In this document: in pieces, positions 12,784 through 25,382 of the stretch
Layout: the number at the start of each line of letters is the position of its first letter
Numbering within the stretch: the first letter of the stretch is position 1
Made by a program: the position numbers and the translations under genes
DNA from: the human T2T-CHM13v2.0 reference genome, Homo sapiens
Assembly: GCF_009914755.1 (NCBI RefSeq)
Contig: NC_060947.1
Length of the DNA: 64,000 bases
Reading direction: 5' to 3' (one strand)
The notes under the pieces: generated by a model
What the model was told of the DNA's origin: nothing
What the model saw: only the letters and a program-made list of their open reading frames with translations
Database searches by the model: none

Positions 12784-14657
12784 ATTATTTGCATTGACCT
12801 TGGTGAATCCGATGACTATGTGCCTTGAGGATGGTTTTTTTGTATAGTATCTGACTGGGGTTCTCTGTATTTCTTGTATTTGTATATCAACCTCTCTAGC
12901 AAGATTAGGGAAATTTTTGTGGACTATATCCTCAAATATATTTTCCAAGTTGCTTATTCTCTCTCCTTCTCTTTCAGAAATGCCAGTGAGTCATACATTT
13001 GGTCTCTTTACATAATTCTATATTTCCCAGAGGTTTTGTTCTTTTTTTCTAATTAATTTTCTTTATTTTTGTCTGACTGAGTTGATTTGATGAACCAGCT
13101 TTCAAGCTCAGAGAATCTTTCCTCAGCTTGGTCTATTCTGCTGTTAATACTTTTGATTATATTATGAACTTCTTGTCGTGAATTTTTCAGCTCAAGGAGT
13201 TCAGTTTGGGTCTTTCTTAGAATGGCTATTTCATCATTCAGCTCTTGGATCATTTTACTAGATTGTTTGGCTTCCTTGGATTGAGTTTCAGTTTTCTCCT
13301 GGATCTCGGTGAGCTTCCCTGCCATCCAGATACTGAATTCCATGTATGTTATTTCAGACATTTCAGACCGGTTAAGAACCATTGCTGGGGAGCTAGTAAG
13401 TTCCTTTAGAGGTAAGCGGACACTGTGCCTTTTTGAATTGCCAGTGTTCTTGTGCTGATTGATTATTTCTCATCTGGGAAGGCTGGTGTTCCTTCAACTG
13501 TGGTGTAAGTTAAATATAGTCATCTGGCTTTATTTCTCGAGGTTCCCAGAGGTCTAAGGCTCTGTACAGAACATTTGTTTTTTGTTGAATTCTTGCCCTT
13601 GGTTTCTCAGTAGCGGGACAATCAGTAGTTTTTTGTTGTAGTTTGGGCTGCGATCCAGTAGATGGCACTTGAGAGCAATGGGCAGTAGACAGGCTCTTAG
13701 CCACATGACTCTTGTGTATCCTTGCATTTGCAGCTTTATACTGTGGTGCTGGGGGAGAGAGGTGGGTGACCTCCTCACCAAGTCCACTCCTGGGCCTTGG
13801 GGGAGCCACCTCTGATTACTAGCACTGTGCTCGTAATTTTGTTGCTGTCGTTGTTAGGTCTTTTGGGCTACAGGTCTCCCTTGGGGGAAGGCCTGGAAGG
13901 GAGATAGGCCACATCCTTACCAGACAAGCCCTGTGGAGGGAGGCATCCCTAGGCCCCACACCAGCCAGCAAACCTTTACAACTCACCTCTTTCAGTTTTC
14001 TGAGAGTGTGGGCTCCTCCTCTACTCAAGTACTAAGCACAGACCCCAGCTCAGCACTCCTGAGCTGTGGGCTGCAGCCTTGGTGCACCAGGACCTGCTCA
14101 TAGCTCCCTCCTCCAGATCCTTGGGGTTGGGTTCCAGGTGCACTGGCAGATCCAAAGGACTCCCAGCCTGCCAGAACACACTCAGGTGGAGCAAAGCACC
14201 CAGGCCAGGCAGCTGAGGCTGCACTGTGTACACATTTCTGTGGGGTGGCCAGTCAGGGGCCCTGTGAGGGCACTGTGAGGGGCTTGTGGGCAGATAAGTC
14301 TGCAGGACAGACATGCCCCAGTCCCATGGGGTAGCAGGCCCTGCATTCTTCCTAGTAGTTAGCTGAGACCAGAGCCTCTCCAAAAGAGGTGAGCAGCCCT
14401 TGGGGGTGGATGCTTATGGCCAGGCTCCACTGGAGCTGTCCCATGCTCATAGGTCCCCAGCTTTGCACCCGCTGTAGCTCCCTCTCTGTCTAATCTCCAG
14501 AGAGATTCCCCTTCCAGCCCAAACATCCACAGAGGGTGGGGTCCCCTGCAGCTAGGATCCCAGAGTTCTGTGGCGAGAGTGGGCAGTCCCAAAGTCCCTT
14601 CACTCACCTTCCCCAGGCACCGTCTGGGGCCGAGAACCAGCCATAGTGTTTGGCACC

Positions 14658-15028
14658 TGTATTAGTCCATTCTCGCACTGCTATAAAGAACTATCTGAAA
14701 CTGAGTAATTTATAAAGAAAAGATGTTTAATTGGATCATGGTTCTGTGGGCTGTACAGGCTTCTGCTTCTGGTGAGGCCTCAGGAAACTTACAATCATGG
14801 CGAAAGATGAAGGGGAAGCAGGCACATTTTCACATGCCTGGCAGGAGAGAGAGAGCATGAGGGGGGAAGTGCTACACACTTTCAAACAACCAGATTTCTT
14901 AAAACCAACCATGCTGGCGCCTTGATCTTGGACTTCTAGCCTCCATAATGCTGTGAAAATAAATTTCTGTTGTTTAAGACACCCATTCTATGGCATATTG
15001 TTATGACAGATGGAGTTGACTAAGACAA
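14658..15028. mobile_element. Fused MaLR LTR halves: MST 3' half (minus) joined to MLT1 3' half (plus)
   Basis: Begins tgtattagtccattctcgcactgctataaag (antisense MST end); from ~14900 reads ccttgatcttggacttctagcctcc...aataaatttctgttg...gactaagaca (sense MLT1 end). Confidence 0.7.
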
Positions 15029-15029
15029 C

Positions 15030-15300
15030 ATGCCTTTCATTCATTCACTTATTCATTTATTTATTCATTCATTTATTCAACAAATATTTATTGAGTATCT
15101 GCTATGCACTAGGCACTGTGCTATGTGTTTTGTTGAGGACACTGAGGAACCAAACAAATGTGGTCCCTGCCCTCATGGAGCTGATTATTTAAAAGATACA
15201 CATGAAAAAGATGATTATTTCAAGTTGTGAAAAGTGCCGTGGAGGAAAAGTACAGAGCACTATAGGAACATATACTAGGAAATTAACTGGAGTCACTTAT
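15030..15300 (-). mobile_element. L2 3' end
   Basis: (TTCA)n followed by caacaaatatttattgagtatctgctatgcactaggcactgtgct. Confidence 0.8.
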
Positions 15301-16347
15301 AAGAGCAGTGAGTTGAAAATAACCTGCACAACCATGTAGTGGAGAATGGTTCAAGAAATATCAATTCATCTACTTGAAGGTTAATTACAAAGCCATTTAA
15401 ATGTCCTTTTGTAAAGTATGAGAAATTGCTGGTGATTTAATGTTAAGGGAAAAAATGGATAAAAATTTGTGGGCCCAGTATGACTAAAACTATGGGGAGA
15501 TAGAGGGAGAAAAGAGAGAGAGAGAGAGAGAGGTTAACTCCTCCCTCCTCCAAAATTTAGGCATAAAAGACAAAGAATGGAGGAAGAAATGGTAAGATAT
15601 AACTACATTTATTAATTCATTAATGGTTTATTTTCTTTTTCTGCTGGTTGGGAACTTCTCTCATCCATTAAATCATAATGAATAATATACTTAATAATAT
15701 ATGTCATCTAAAGCAACTAATGCTATTATAAGTTTGGAGAAATGTTTGTCTAAACATTAGTAAAATATTCATTGGCAGAAGAGCTTTTGTAGCTTTAAGA
15801 ACACCATTTTACTACACAAACCCTAAATTATCAAGTGATTCACCTACAAGTTATTGCCACAGCCTGAGCCCTGTCAACAGGTCACAAAACCAGGAAGAGG
15901 CAGAGTTGAAATGAGATCTCGTGTCTTCTGAGAAATACCCCTTCTGTTTAGAGCCATTCATAACATTATCATAAGTAAGGACAAATAGTGTTTAGAAAGA
16001 GGGAAGTGAAATATTCTGATTTGGTCTGACTCACCTTGAAACCAGACTCTTTCGCTAGATCTCCTGGAATTGCCCCCTACCTTACCTTTCTCTCATTCAA
16101 TTATTCTTCAAATATTATTGAGTACTGACTATCAGACAGGAGTTTTTCTAGGGCTTGTAGGCATGACAGAGAACAACAACAACAATAAAACCCTTGCCCT
16201 CAAGTTGCTGATATGAAGGAAACAACCATAGGGAAAAAAGCCAGAGGAAATCCATGTGGAGGGAACAGTTATTGCAAAGGCACTGAGATAGATTCTCCCT
16301 AGTGATTGTTGATGAGGTCTTTGCTTCAGCCCTTCTTGGAGATTATA

Positions 16348-17916
16348 CATATATATATATGAAATATATATTATTATATAATATATTATTATATATAATT
16401 ATATATGATATATAATTATATATATTACATATCATATATAATCTTAATATATTATATATTATATTATATATTATTATATATAATATATTATATATTACAT
16501 AACATATATATTATTATAATATATAATATATTATATATTATATTATATATAATAATATATTATATATTATATTATATATAATAATATATAATATGTTATA
16601 TTATATATTATATTATATATAATAATATGTAATATATAATTATATTATATACTATTATAATAATTATAATAATATTAATATTATATTATAATTATAATAG
16701 ACACATATAATAATAATTATAATAATTAGCAGATTATTTTATAATAATATTATATAATATGTATTAATAACATATAATATAATATACAATCTATTACTAT
16801 ATAATGTATTAATATATAATATACAATCTATTACTATATAATGTATTAATATATAATATACAATCTGTTACTATATAATGTATTCATATATAATATACAA
16901 CCTGTTACTATATAATGTATTCATATATAATATAATATACAACCTATTACTATATAATGTATTCATATATAATATAATATACAACCTATTACTATATAAT
17001 GTATTCATATATAATATAATATACAACCTATTACTATATAATGTATTCATATATAATATAATATACAACCTATTACTATATAATGTATTCATATATAATA
17101 TAATATACAACCTATTACTATATAATGTATTCATATATAATATAATATACAACCTATTACTATATAATGTATTCATATATAATATAATATACAACCTATT
17201 ACTATATAATGTATTCATATATAATATAATATACAACCTATTACTATATAATGTATTCATATATATTATTATATACAACCTATTACTATATAATGTATTC
17301 ATATATATTATTATATACAACCTATTACTATATAATGTATTCATATATTTTATTATATACAATCTATTACTATATAATGTATTCATATATATTATTATAT
17401 ACAATCATGTTACTATATAATCTATTAATATATATTATTATATACAATGTCTATTACTATATAATCTATTTATATATTATTATATACAATCATCTATTAC
17501 TATATAATCTATTAATATATATTATTATATACAATATCTATTACTATATAATCTATTTATATATTATTATATACAATATCTATTACTATATAATCTATTA
17601 ATATATATTATTATATACAATATCTATTACTATATAATCTATTAATATATATTATTATATACAATATCTATTACTATATAATGTATATCTATTAATATAT
17701 ATTATTATATACAATCTATTACTATATAATCTATTAATATATATTATTATATACAATCATCTATTACTATATAATCTATTAATATATATTATTATATACA
17801 ATCTATTACTATATTACCATATAATCATCTATTAATATATATTATTATATACAATCTAATCTATTAATATATAATCTATTAATATATATTATTATTATAT
17901 ATAATATATAATAATA
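16348..17916. repeat. AT-rich composite minisatellite; core of ~12 copies of a 42-bp unit (16871-17404)
   Basis: Unit aatgtattcatatataatataatatacaacctattactatat, seen as the 14-aa periodicity in the ORF track; flanked by degenerate (TA)n and variant ~37-44 bp units. Confidence 0.95.
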
Positions 17917-18270
17917 TGTGTGGGCACTGGCTGCACCCTGCATAGATTTGTTTTCAGCTGTGATAGGGCAGCATTGAGTTCAAGGTAAAGTCCCCCACTT
18001 GCTGCACTCTCCCTCCCCAAAGTGCACAGACTCTCCACGCTGGTGGATGGAGGAGGGGTAGCATTGGTGGTTCCAGACTACCTCTCTTGCCCTGTGCAAT
18101 GCCTCTTTCAGTGATATGAAGTTAAAACCAGGTGATGTGATTGCTCACCTAATTCTTGGTTCTTGTGGCAGTGTTTTTTGTGTGCAGATAGTCGTTAAAA
18201 TCTGGTGTTCCAGTGAAGGGAGATGGGATGAGTGGTGTAGGTTTCTATTCTGCCATCTTCATCTATCCCC
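17917..18270 (-). mobile_element. 5' end fragment of an old L1 (L1PB/L1MA-type)
   Basis: gcctctttcagtgatatgaagttaaaaccagg...ttctattctgccatctt is typical antisense L1M 5' terminus. Confidence 0.7.
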
Positions 18271-20771
18271 TGCCAAGGTGACTTTCCCTTCACCCAGTCA
18301 ATGTGAATGTGTAGGAAACTTTCTTGTAACCATTAGAGTTACAACTTAGGTTCCACATGGTATTATAATCAAATTGACCTCATCTGTTATGATAAGATGG
18401 CTCACAACACTGTGTATGCTACCATGTGTTGGGCAAGGGTTTTATTCCTCTGATTAAAGCAACAGTGGTGGAACAGTAATGGAAGTAGAAAAAAGTGGTG
18501 AATTGATTTGATTCTTCTCAGTTTGTCCAACTAGATATATGCTTCTCTGCAGGGCTGTGTGTTCCAGAAGGCTGATACCATGGAAGACATCACCTTGGCT
18601 TCCTGGCTGTCTGGTTAGTGATTTGAGCAATGAGAGGCAGCAGCTAGAAATGAAAGAGTAGAAGAAGAGAGTGTCTCCTGACACTGTGTGCATGGTCTCC
18701 AGTCAGCCTCTGATTCCTGTGAGTCAGCTGCATCCAGATTCCCACCCCCTTCCCCGTCCCGAGAAGGTTACATTTGGCCGCCACTAAGATCTCCTGAGAA
18801 AAATCTCTTCAGAGGAATTTTGGCTAAATCTTCTCTCCCTCTCCTACAGCCACTTTCCTCCTGAATTTCTTCCTTGTGAGTGTCACTTCTGGAAACAAAA
18901 GTCAAGTTCTCTAGGTGAACACTGAGTAGCCCCAACCTTCCAGTGAATTTGAAGTGTAGGAAGTTTTCCTCGTTTAAACTCGGCACAGCCTCCAATCCCT
19001 GGGAAGCATGCCTCTCTGGTCTCCAACCCACCCAGACTTCCAGTGTGAGTAGACACCTGTAGGTGAGTGAGTGGTCAGAGGTCACATGATTGTGATTGCC
19101 TTCTTTACCAGGCCTCCATTGTTAGGCAACTCCTTGCAAGATGGGAAATAGTTGGTACCAATTGTTTTGGGGCACTAGTCAAGTCGGAAAGTGGACAGAG
19201 TTCCACTTGAATGTGCTGCTGCTCTAGTTTGGATAACTTTACTGTCTATGTATATACCCAAGTACTGCTTGGCACAGTTGGGTTTCTCTTTGGTACATAA
19301 TTCTGTGCTACTTGTTTTCTCACTCAGTATGATGGTGAGATTTATCCACACATAACTCTGTATCCTAAATTCTGTCTCTTCTGTTGTGTGGCCATGGAGT
19401 GTAGGAGGTTGGCTGTTATTGGCCTCTGCTCCTGTGGGTTTGGCTCCTTCTTGCCCTACCTGCTGCCCTTTCAGCCTCCATTCCCCACCTATTCTCCACC
19501 TCACAGCCACTGTTTGATGCTGGGCTGCAGGTAAATAGTCACCGACATAGCAGTGTCCAGGCAGCGTTCCTCCCAACGGTGCACCCAGGAGGCCCCTCTA
19601 CCTGGCAGCCTCTAACCCCTCCTCTCCATCCTACAGCCAGCTGCGTCCTCTGAGGAGAGGCTGGTGGCTCTTTTTTGGCGATGCTGCATCAGTGCAGGGA
19701 CAGAGAAGGTGACAGGGACAAAGAGGACAGTGAAAAGGACATAGAGCAGTTTAACTTCGTACCACATAAAAAATCTGGAAGAGACCTGGCTAAGGGAAGA
19801 GAGAGTAACAGCCCCTTAGATGTAGGCGGGGGAGGGGACACAGGAAGGGGCCTTGGGGAATGCTGGACAGGTTGTGAGAACACAGGGAATTGGGGAGGAG
19901 GGGAAGAGGGGACAGAGGACTGCTTGCAGGGGCTTATTTTGCAGCTCACGTGAAAGGACAAGAGAAATGCTTGGAATCTGTGATGGCTTTAATGGTTCAC
20001 CTTATGTAAATTTCATCTTACTCCTCACTTAGGCTTGCCCATGTTTGCCACGGCTCTGACCTCTTTGCTCTCCCTGTCCCCTCTTCAGCTTTAACTCTCA
20101 CTTGTCAGTGACCAATTGCCCACATAGTTCCCATTTCAGGTTTCTCAGAATGAGTATCTGACTTGCTCAGCACATTCCTTGGGGACAGAGCTTCTTCAAT
20201 GGGAGCCATCTCATGTGTGTTGTTGTCCTACCAGGTGGCTTCATTTCAGTCAAATGAATTATCTTTGGCTGTGGCCTGAGCAGGTTTGTTTGACATGACA
20301 CAAAAAAGTGACCAGAGCATTCTATACTTTCCTGGGGACAAAGGGCAGAGCGGTTGCCTCTGGAAGGCTCTGTGGATATGACATTGGCAGTATTAAAACA
20401 TATCCCAAACCCCCAGGCCAACTGTTGGTCTGCTCTTAAACAATGTCTTTTCACTAGGACAAGCATTGGGTTTTAGAGGGGAACACCAGGGCAGTCTCTT
20501 CAAAATGGCTAGGGAGAAGAGTCTTTGGTCCTCAAATGCCAAGTACTACATCACTTTGACTTTGCAGTGTTTTTCAGATTGATGGTGGGAGAGATCTGGT
20601 GTGCAGCATGATCTCACCCTCTCCCCTGGGTCTAAGCACCCCTGCACAGCATGTTAGGATGAACAGAAGCCCCTTCCAGTGTAACCCAAGAACACCCTGT
20701 CAGCAAACACACATCCAACCTCAAGGAGTGAAATGACAGACTCTGTTTTAATGACTCAAACATGGGAGGAG

Positions 20772-20777
20772 TTTATT
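20772..20777 (-). terminator. ETDB: ETDB polyadenylation signal (AATAAA)
   Basis: tttatt on the plus strand, ~100 nt downstream of the ETDB stop. Confidence 0.65.
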
Positions 20778-20873
20778 GTTCTAATTATATTTAATTTCTC
20801 AAAAATATGGGCAGGCTTCAGCATGTAAGCCACATGACTTTTTGTCCAAGGCCATGTCCACCCTAGAGTTGCT

Positions 20874-21218
<345 letters not shown>

Positions 21219-22231
21219 CTACCAGCAGTAGTCACAGGAGATTGCTTTGGGTCATCATCTGATTTGAAGCACCAACCATATTGTTTCTTCTATCTGTCTT
21301 ACACATGGGGCTGTGCAGCAGCCTGATGGGACCCGGGACATTAAAGACACACTATTGCATCCCTCTAATCATTACCTGACACACACAGGCTTGTTAGATT
21401 GTACTCAAAACACTACCTCATAGCTCAAATGTCATTGTAATTCTTATATCCACACTAATTTTAACTCAATTCTATGTTGCTCTTTTTCAGAGCTGCCTCT
21501 TCTCACCTCTGAGTTTTCCCTGTACCTGGGATATGGGCTTCCTTCTGAACTCCATTATTCATGTTATGCAGAGTAATTCTCTTTGGTAAATCCATCCATG
21601 ACAAAGTTCAGTACTTTACATTTGCATTTCTTCATTCTACAACTTGCAGGCTGCTATAATTTGTTTCCTCATTCCAAATCTCTTTATGTGACTTTAGCTT
21701 CAAATAGGATTTGCCTCCTTTGAAAATCACTGGTGAAGCAGGTATGAATCTTACTCCAAACCCCTGTGTAAGAGATAAACTGGACATTCTCAAGTACTAC
21801 CGAGTTTCTGTTTCTAAGGTCCATCCTGCTGATTTTCCATCCTGGGAACGTAATCACAGTGGCTTAAAGATTGTACTCACCTCTGATGCCTGGCCCTGCC
21901 TCATCCCCAAAAACCCAGTTCTGCATTTCATTTGAATCTAGCACAGTGCCAAGGCTAGGGGTGGATGCTCACTGTGTTCTCTATTTTGACCTCCCAAGAG
22001 AGACTAAAAGACTTGCCCAAGTGACAGAGAGGTGAGATTGGAACTGAGAAAGCCTGTATCTGAAGCTTCTGCTTTTACCCACTGCTCTATAGTGTCTCTG
22101 TATCAGTTTGAACAAATGACTCTCTGATAACCTCCCCCCATTACCAAACAGGGTTGGGGTTTATCAGGTAGGTTAGTTAGTTAATGGCACAAAAGGATGC
22201 TCTATGATCTTGGTATATCAGGATATTTTAC

Positions 22232-22300
22232 CTGTGAGACCACTCAGGTTTCTTCTGAAGAAAGATCTGGGCCAGAGGGTAAACAGTAACAGCTTGGCAC
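22232..22300 (-). other. ETDB: Probable ETDB non-coding exon 1
   Basis: Minus-strand donor CAG|GTAAAA at 22232/22231 next to the promoter motif cluster; start position approximate. Confidence 0.55.
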
Positions 22301-22385
22301 TCCCTCTCTTTCCTTGAGTCCCAGGGCCTGATTGGTTCAGCACCAAGTGAAGTCATAGTCACTATGGTGACTCACAATTGTCCTC
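22285..22385. promoter_or_regulatory. Compact non-CpG bidirectional promoter (candidate, germ-cell type)
   Basis: TAACAG MYB-like site 22287-22292; ATTGG (CCAAT) 22331-22335; TGAAGTCA CRE-like 22348-22355; near-palindromic X-box GTCACTATGGTGAC 22358-22371; TGACTCA 22368-22374; divergent splice donors on each side. Confidence 0.6.
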
Positions 22386-22464
22386 AGAACCTAGTGCCAA
22401 CAGTCTGCAAGATTCAAACACTGGCCACCATGCCTGGCTTCCTTCTGGTTCAAGCCTGAATAAG
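22385..22464 (+). other. Probable non-coding exon 1 of the plus-strand transcript (recalled as SMIM10L2B-AS1)
   Basis: Consensus donor AAG|GTGAGT at 22464/22465; start position approximate. Confidence 0.55.
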
Positions 22465-23276
22465 GTGAGTGGAAGTTGCTGGGAGAGGAGGTGGGTATAT
22501 CCTGTGGCTGGGTGCCATCTGCATGTCTCCTTCCTAGACAGAACCCTCAACTACCCTGGCCTCAGAGCTTGTTCCTGGCTTGTATAAAATCCATTAAAAT
22601 TTCTCCTTTCTGTAAATAAACAGCACCCATTGCATCTTGCCTTGTCCCCTGGGTAGTGATCAGCAACTTTGTCCGCCATGTTCCAATCCAGGAATTAGTT
22701 CCAGGTCAAACTTCCTACCTGCTTCTCAATCTTGCATCCATCTTTGGTCATGACTCTGCAAGTACTCCTCCTATAATACACAATTCATGTAAATGGAGTG
22801 TTTAGTTGCAGAAATTGAACACTGCAATTAAACATTGCTGTGTCTCCCACACTTATCTAAACCCTCCCAAAGCTCAGTGCAGTGGAGCCCCTCCCAAAGC
22901 TCAATGCAGTGCAGCTTCACACCTTTATTCTGTGGACCTGGGATGCAGGTGGGCTTTTAATGCTTTGGAAAATCTTATGCTAAAACTGGACCAGTTCCTT
23001 GAGACATACTCATATGTCTCAAGCCATATTCCCTTCCAAGTCTCTGATCTAGAATAACTACATTGTTGCCATTAAAGTGTGACCCATGTGGGTATTGTCT
23101 AGATGCTGGACATGGATTTTCCAGGCTGTCAGAGGGATAACGGTGAGGACAGCGCTTTGTGTTTTTTGTAGTGTGGTTCTCATGAGGAACTAAAATGACT
23201 ATTATGAGATGTGGCTTGCCTCCACACTGGCTGCCCACTCAGTCTTATGTAAGAACGGAGGAAATTGACGTTACTG

Positions 23277-23928
23277 TAAAGTGACCCAGGTCGCACACTC
23301 CCTTTCTTGAGTGGCAGGGAAGGAAGGCTCACTCCTCCAGGTTTTCTCCTAGCCCCCGTAGAACCATGCTTTACATGGTTCTGAACACCCTGAGGCCGTG
23401 TTCAGTGTTCTAAACAATTTGGAGAGGGAAGAGAACATATTGGTGTATTTTATTAACAAAGAAAGTGGAAAACTGTCTTTCTTTTAAGGAATTGACATCC
23501 TAGAAATCCAAGTCAATCACCTAGGAAATAGACCAGGAGAGGCTGATTGAGAGAAGTTAAATGCATAAAAACTTTGCATACTAGGTCAGGCACAGTGGCT
23601 CTCACCTATAATCCCAGCACTTTGGAAGGCTGAGGGGAGTGGATCGCTTGAGCCCAGGAGTTCAAGACCTCCAGTTGGCCTTGGGTCATATCCAGCATGT
23701 TCCAACTGTAAGACAAAAAGCCCCTAAGGCAGAGAGTCATGGTGATTGCCATAAGCAGCCCTGTAGATGCAAGGATGAGATGTAGCTCTGCAGGGCCAGA
23801 GTCTAAATACATAAGTCAGTGTCAGAATCTTTTTGGCACTGTCTGTTCCTTAAATAGGTCAATATTCACCGTTTGTGAAAATTTTCATTGAACTGGAGCT
23901 ACGTTTCCTTTCTATACATAGCATGTTT
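23277..23928 (+). repeat. Internally deleted tandem duplicate of 23945-26544
   Basis: 23277-23669 matches 23945-24323; 23667-23928 matches 26280-26541; roughly 90% identity by eye. Confidence 0.9.
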
Positions 23929-24182
23929 AAAAAAATTTTTTTTTTAAAGCGACCCAGGTCACACACTCCCTTTCTTGAGTGGCAGGGAAGGAACGCTCAG
24001 TCCCGCAGGTTTTCTCCTGGCCACATAGAACCGTGTAAAGACCCTGAGGCCATATTCATTGTCCTAAACAATTTGGAGAGGGAAGATAACTTATCGGTGT
24101 ATTTTGTTAACAAAGAAAGTGGAAAACTATCTTTCTCTTAAGGAACTGACATCCTAGAAATCCAAGGCAATCACCTAGGAAA

Positions 24183-24385
24183 TAGGTCAGGAGAGGCTGA
24201 TTGATAGAAGTTAAATGCGTAAAAACTTTGCATACTAGGTGAGGCACAGTGGCTCTCGCCTATAATCCCAGCACTTTGGAAGGCTGAGCGGGGTGGAGCG
24301 CTTGAGCCCAGGAGTTCAAGACCAGCCTGGGCAACATAAGGAGACCCCATCTCTACAATAAAAATAAATGAATACATAAATAAAT
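24183..24385 (+). mobile_element. Alu left-monomer (FLAM-like) fragment at ~24238-24385 within the duplicated unit
   Basis: ggtgaggcacagtggctctcgcctataatcccagcactttgg...gaccccatctctacaataaaaataaa. Confidence 0.75.
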
Positions 24386-25082
24386 TAAAAATTTGCACAG
24401 TCTTCCAATAAATAGGGAATATCATAGATTTAAGCTATCCCATTTACATTGGTTGCAAACGTTATGAAACACCTAGAAAAATAATGAAGGTAAATACAAG
24501 GAAAACACACATGCCACTTTTTATGAGCCTTCAGTTTGAATAGTCACATAATATTTTAAAATACTACATTTTTCTTAAGAGGAAGATCAATTTTTTCAAT
24601 GGCATCAATTCGCCTCTAAATAAATCAGTATATCCAGTACAATCCTAATGATAGTTTATAGCAGAATTTTGAGTGTGTGTGTAACTGGAAGATCGGATGA
24701 AATTATATTCCAAAAAAATGTGAAGGATTATGCAAGAGGGGTAGCTTGTCATTCTGGACTCAAAACTTACTCTGTAGTATTGGTGAATGAGACAAGAATT
24801 GATAGACATGTCCATGGACCAACGAAGAGATTCTAGAAATATACTCATGCATATGTGAAACTCAAAGAAATTTAAAAATCACAAGTTGCCACAAAGCTGA
24901 CTTTTATGATTGTGTGTGTGTGTGTGTGTGCACATGCACGCATGTGTGTTAGGGAGGAGAAATGCAGAGAGGCTTCTGGGGCTACTTGATGCTTCTCCTT
25001 CAGGTAATTCTAGATTCTATCAACTTTCACAGGTCCCTCTTCTGTGCTGTCTTCCTGAAGCCATCTGTGGAGTCAAGCAGTC

Positions 25083-25382
25083 ATGGCTCAGGGACACTCT
25101 GAAGTAGGTCCCAGCACATCTGCGTGGAGCATCAGGAGGAAGGTGGATGAATACTTAAGACCCAGCCTGGCCTCTAAATCGGTGCTGAGCGTTTTACTCA
25201 GTAGACAGCTTGGGAATCATAGAAACGATGTGGATCTGACAGAGTGGCTGTGGACACTGAAGCAAGCCATACCAGGGTGGACCTGGCCTTTGCCGACACG
25301 CCACACAATCAACCCACCTCTGCCCCCTGGGGAGGATAGAAAATCCAAGAAAATGGTGTGGATCAATAAATCCTTCCCCTGA
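25083..25382 (+). CDS. ETD-family paralogue, 99 aa (60-aa ETD-like core plus 39-aa read-through tail)
   Basis: [27 protein letters not shown] aligns without gaps to [31 protein letters not shown]; acceptor ctttcacag with exon starting at 25033; Kozak gtcATGG; AATAAA at 25365-25370. Homology is clear; translation is unproven. Confidence 0.75.
   Translation: MAQGHSEVGPSTSAWSIRRKVDEYLRPSLASKSVLSVLLSRQLGNHRNDVDLTEWLWTLKQAIPGWTWPLPTRHTINPPLPPGEDRKSKKMVWINKSFP

Larger units (their letters stand above)
7295..14657 (-). mobile_element. Near full-length, inactivated old primate L1 (L1PA15/16-like) carrying three Alu insertions
   Basis: Collinear minus-strand remnants: 3'UTR at ~7620; ORF2 pieces ([44 protein letters not shown]); ORF1 pieces (NFPNLAREVDIQIQEIQRTP, coiled coil at 13053-13382); GC-richer 5'UTR at 13800-14650; many stops and frameshifts. 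Confidence 0.9.

Noticed and set aside
16871-17404. CRISPR-like array
   Set aside because: Eukaryotic DNA; head-to-tail repeats with no unique spacers and no cas genes
16871-17601. Long ORFs on both strands (177, 180 and 116 aa)
   Set aside because: Artefacts of the 42-bp minisatellite, whose unit length is divisible by 3; no gene context
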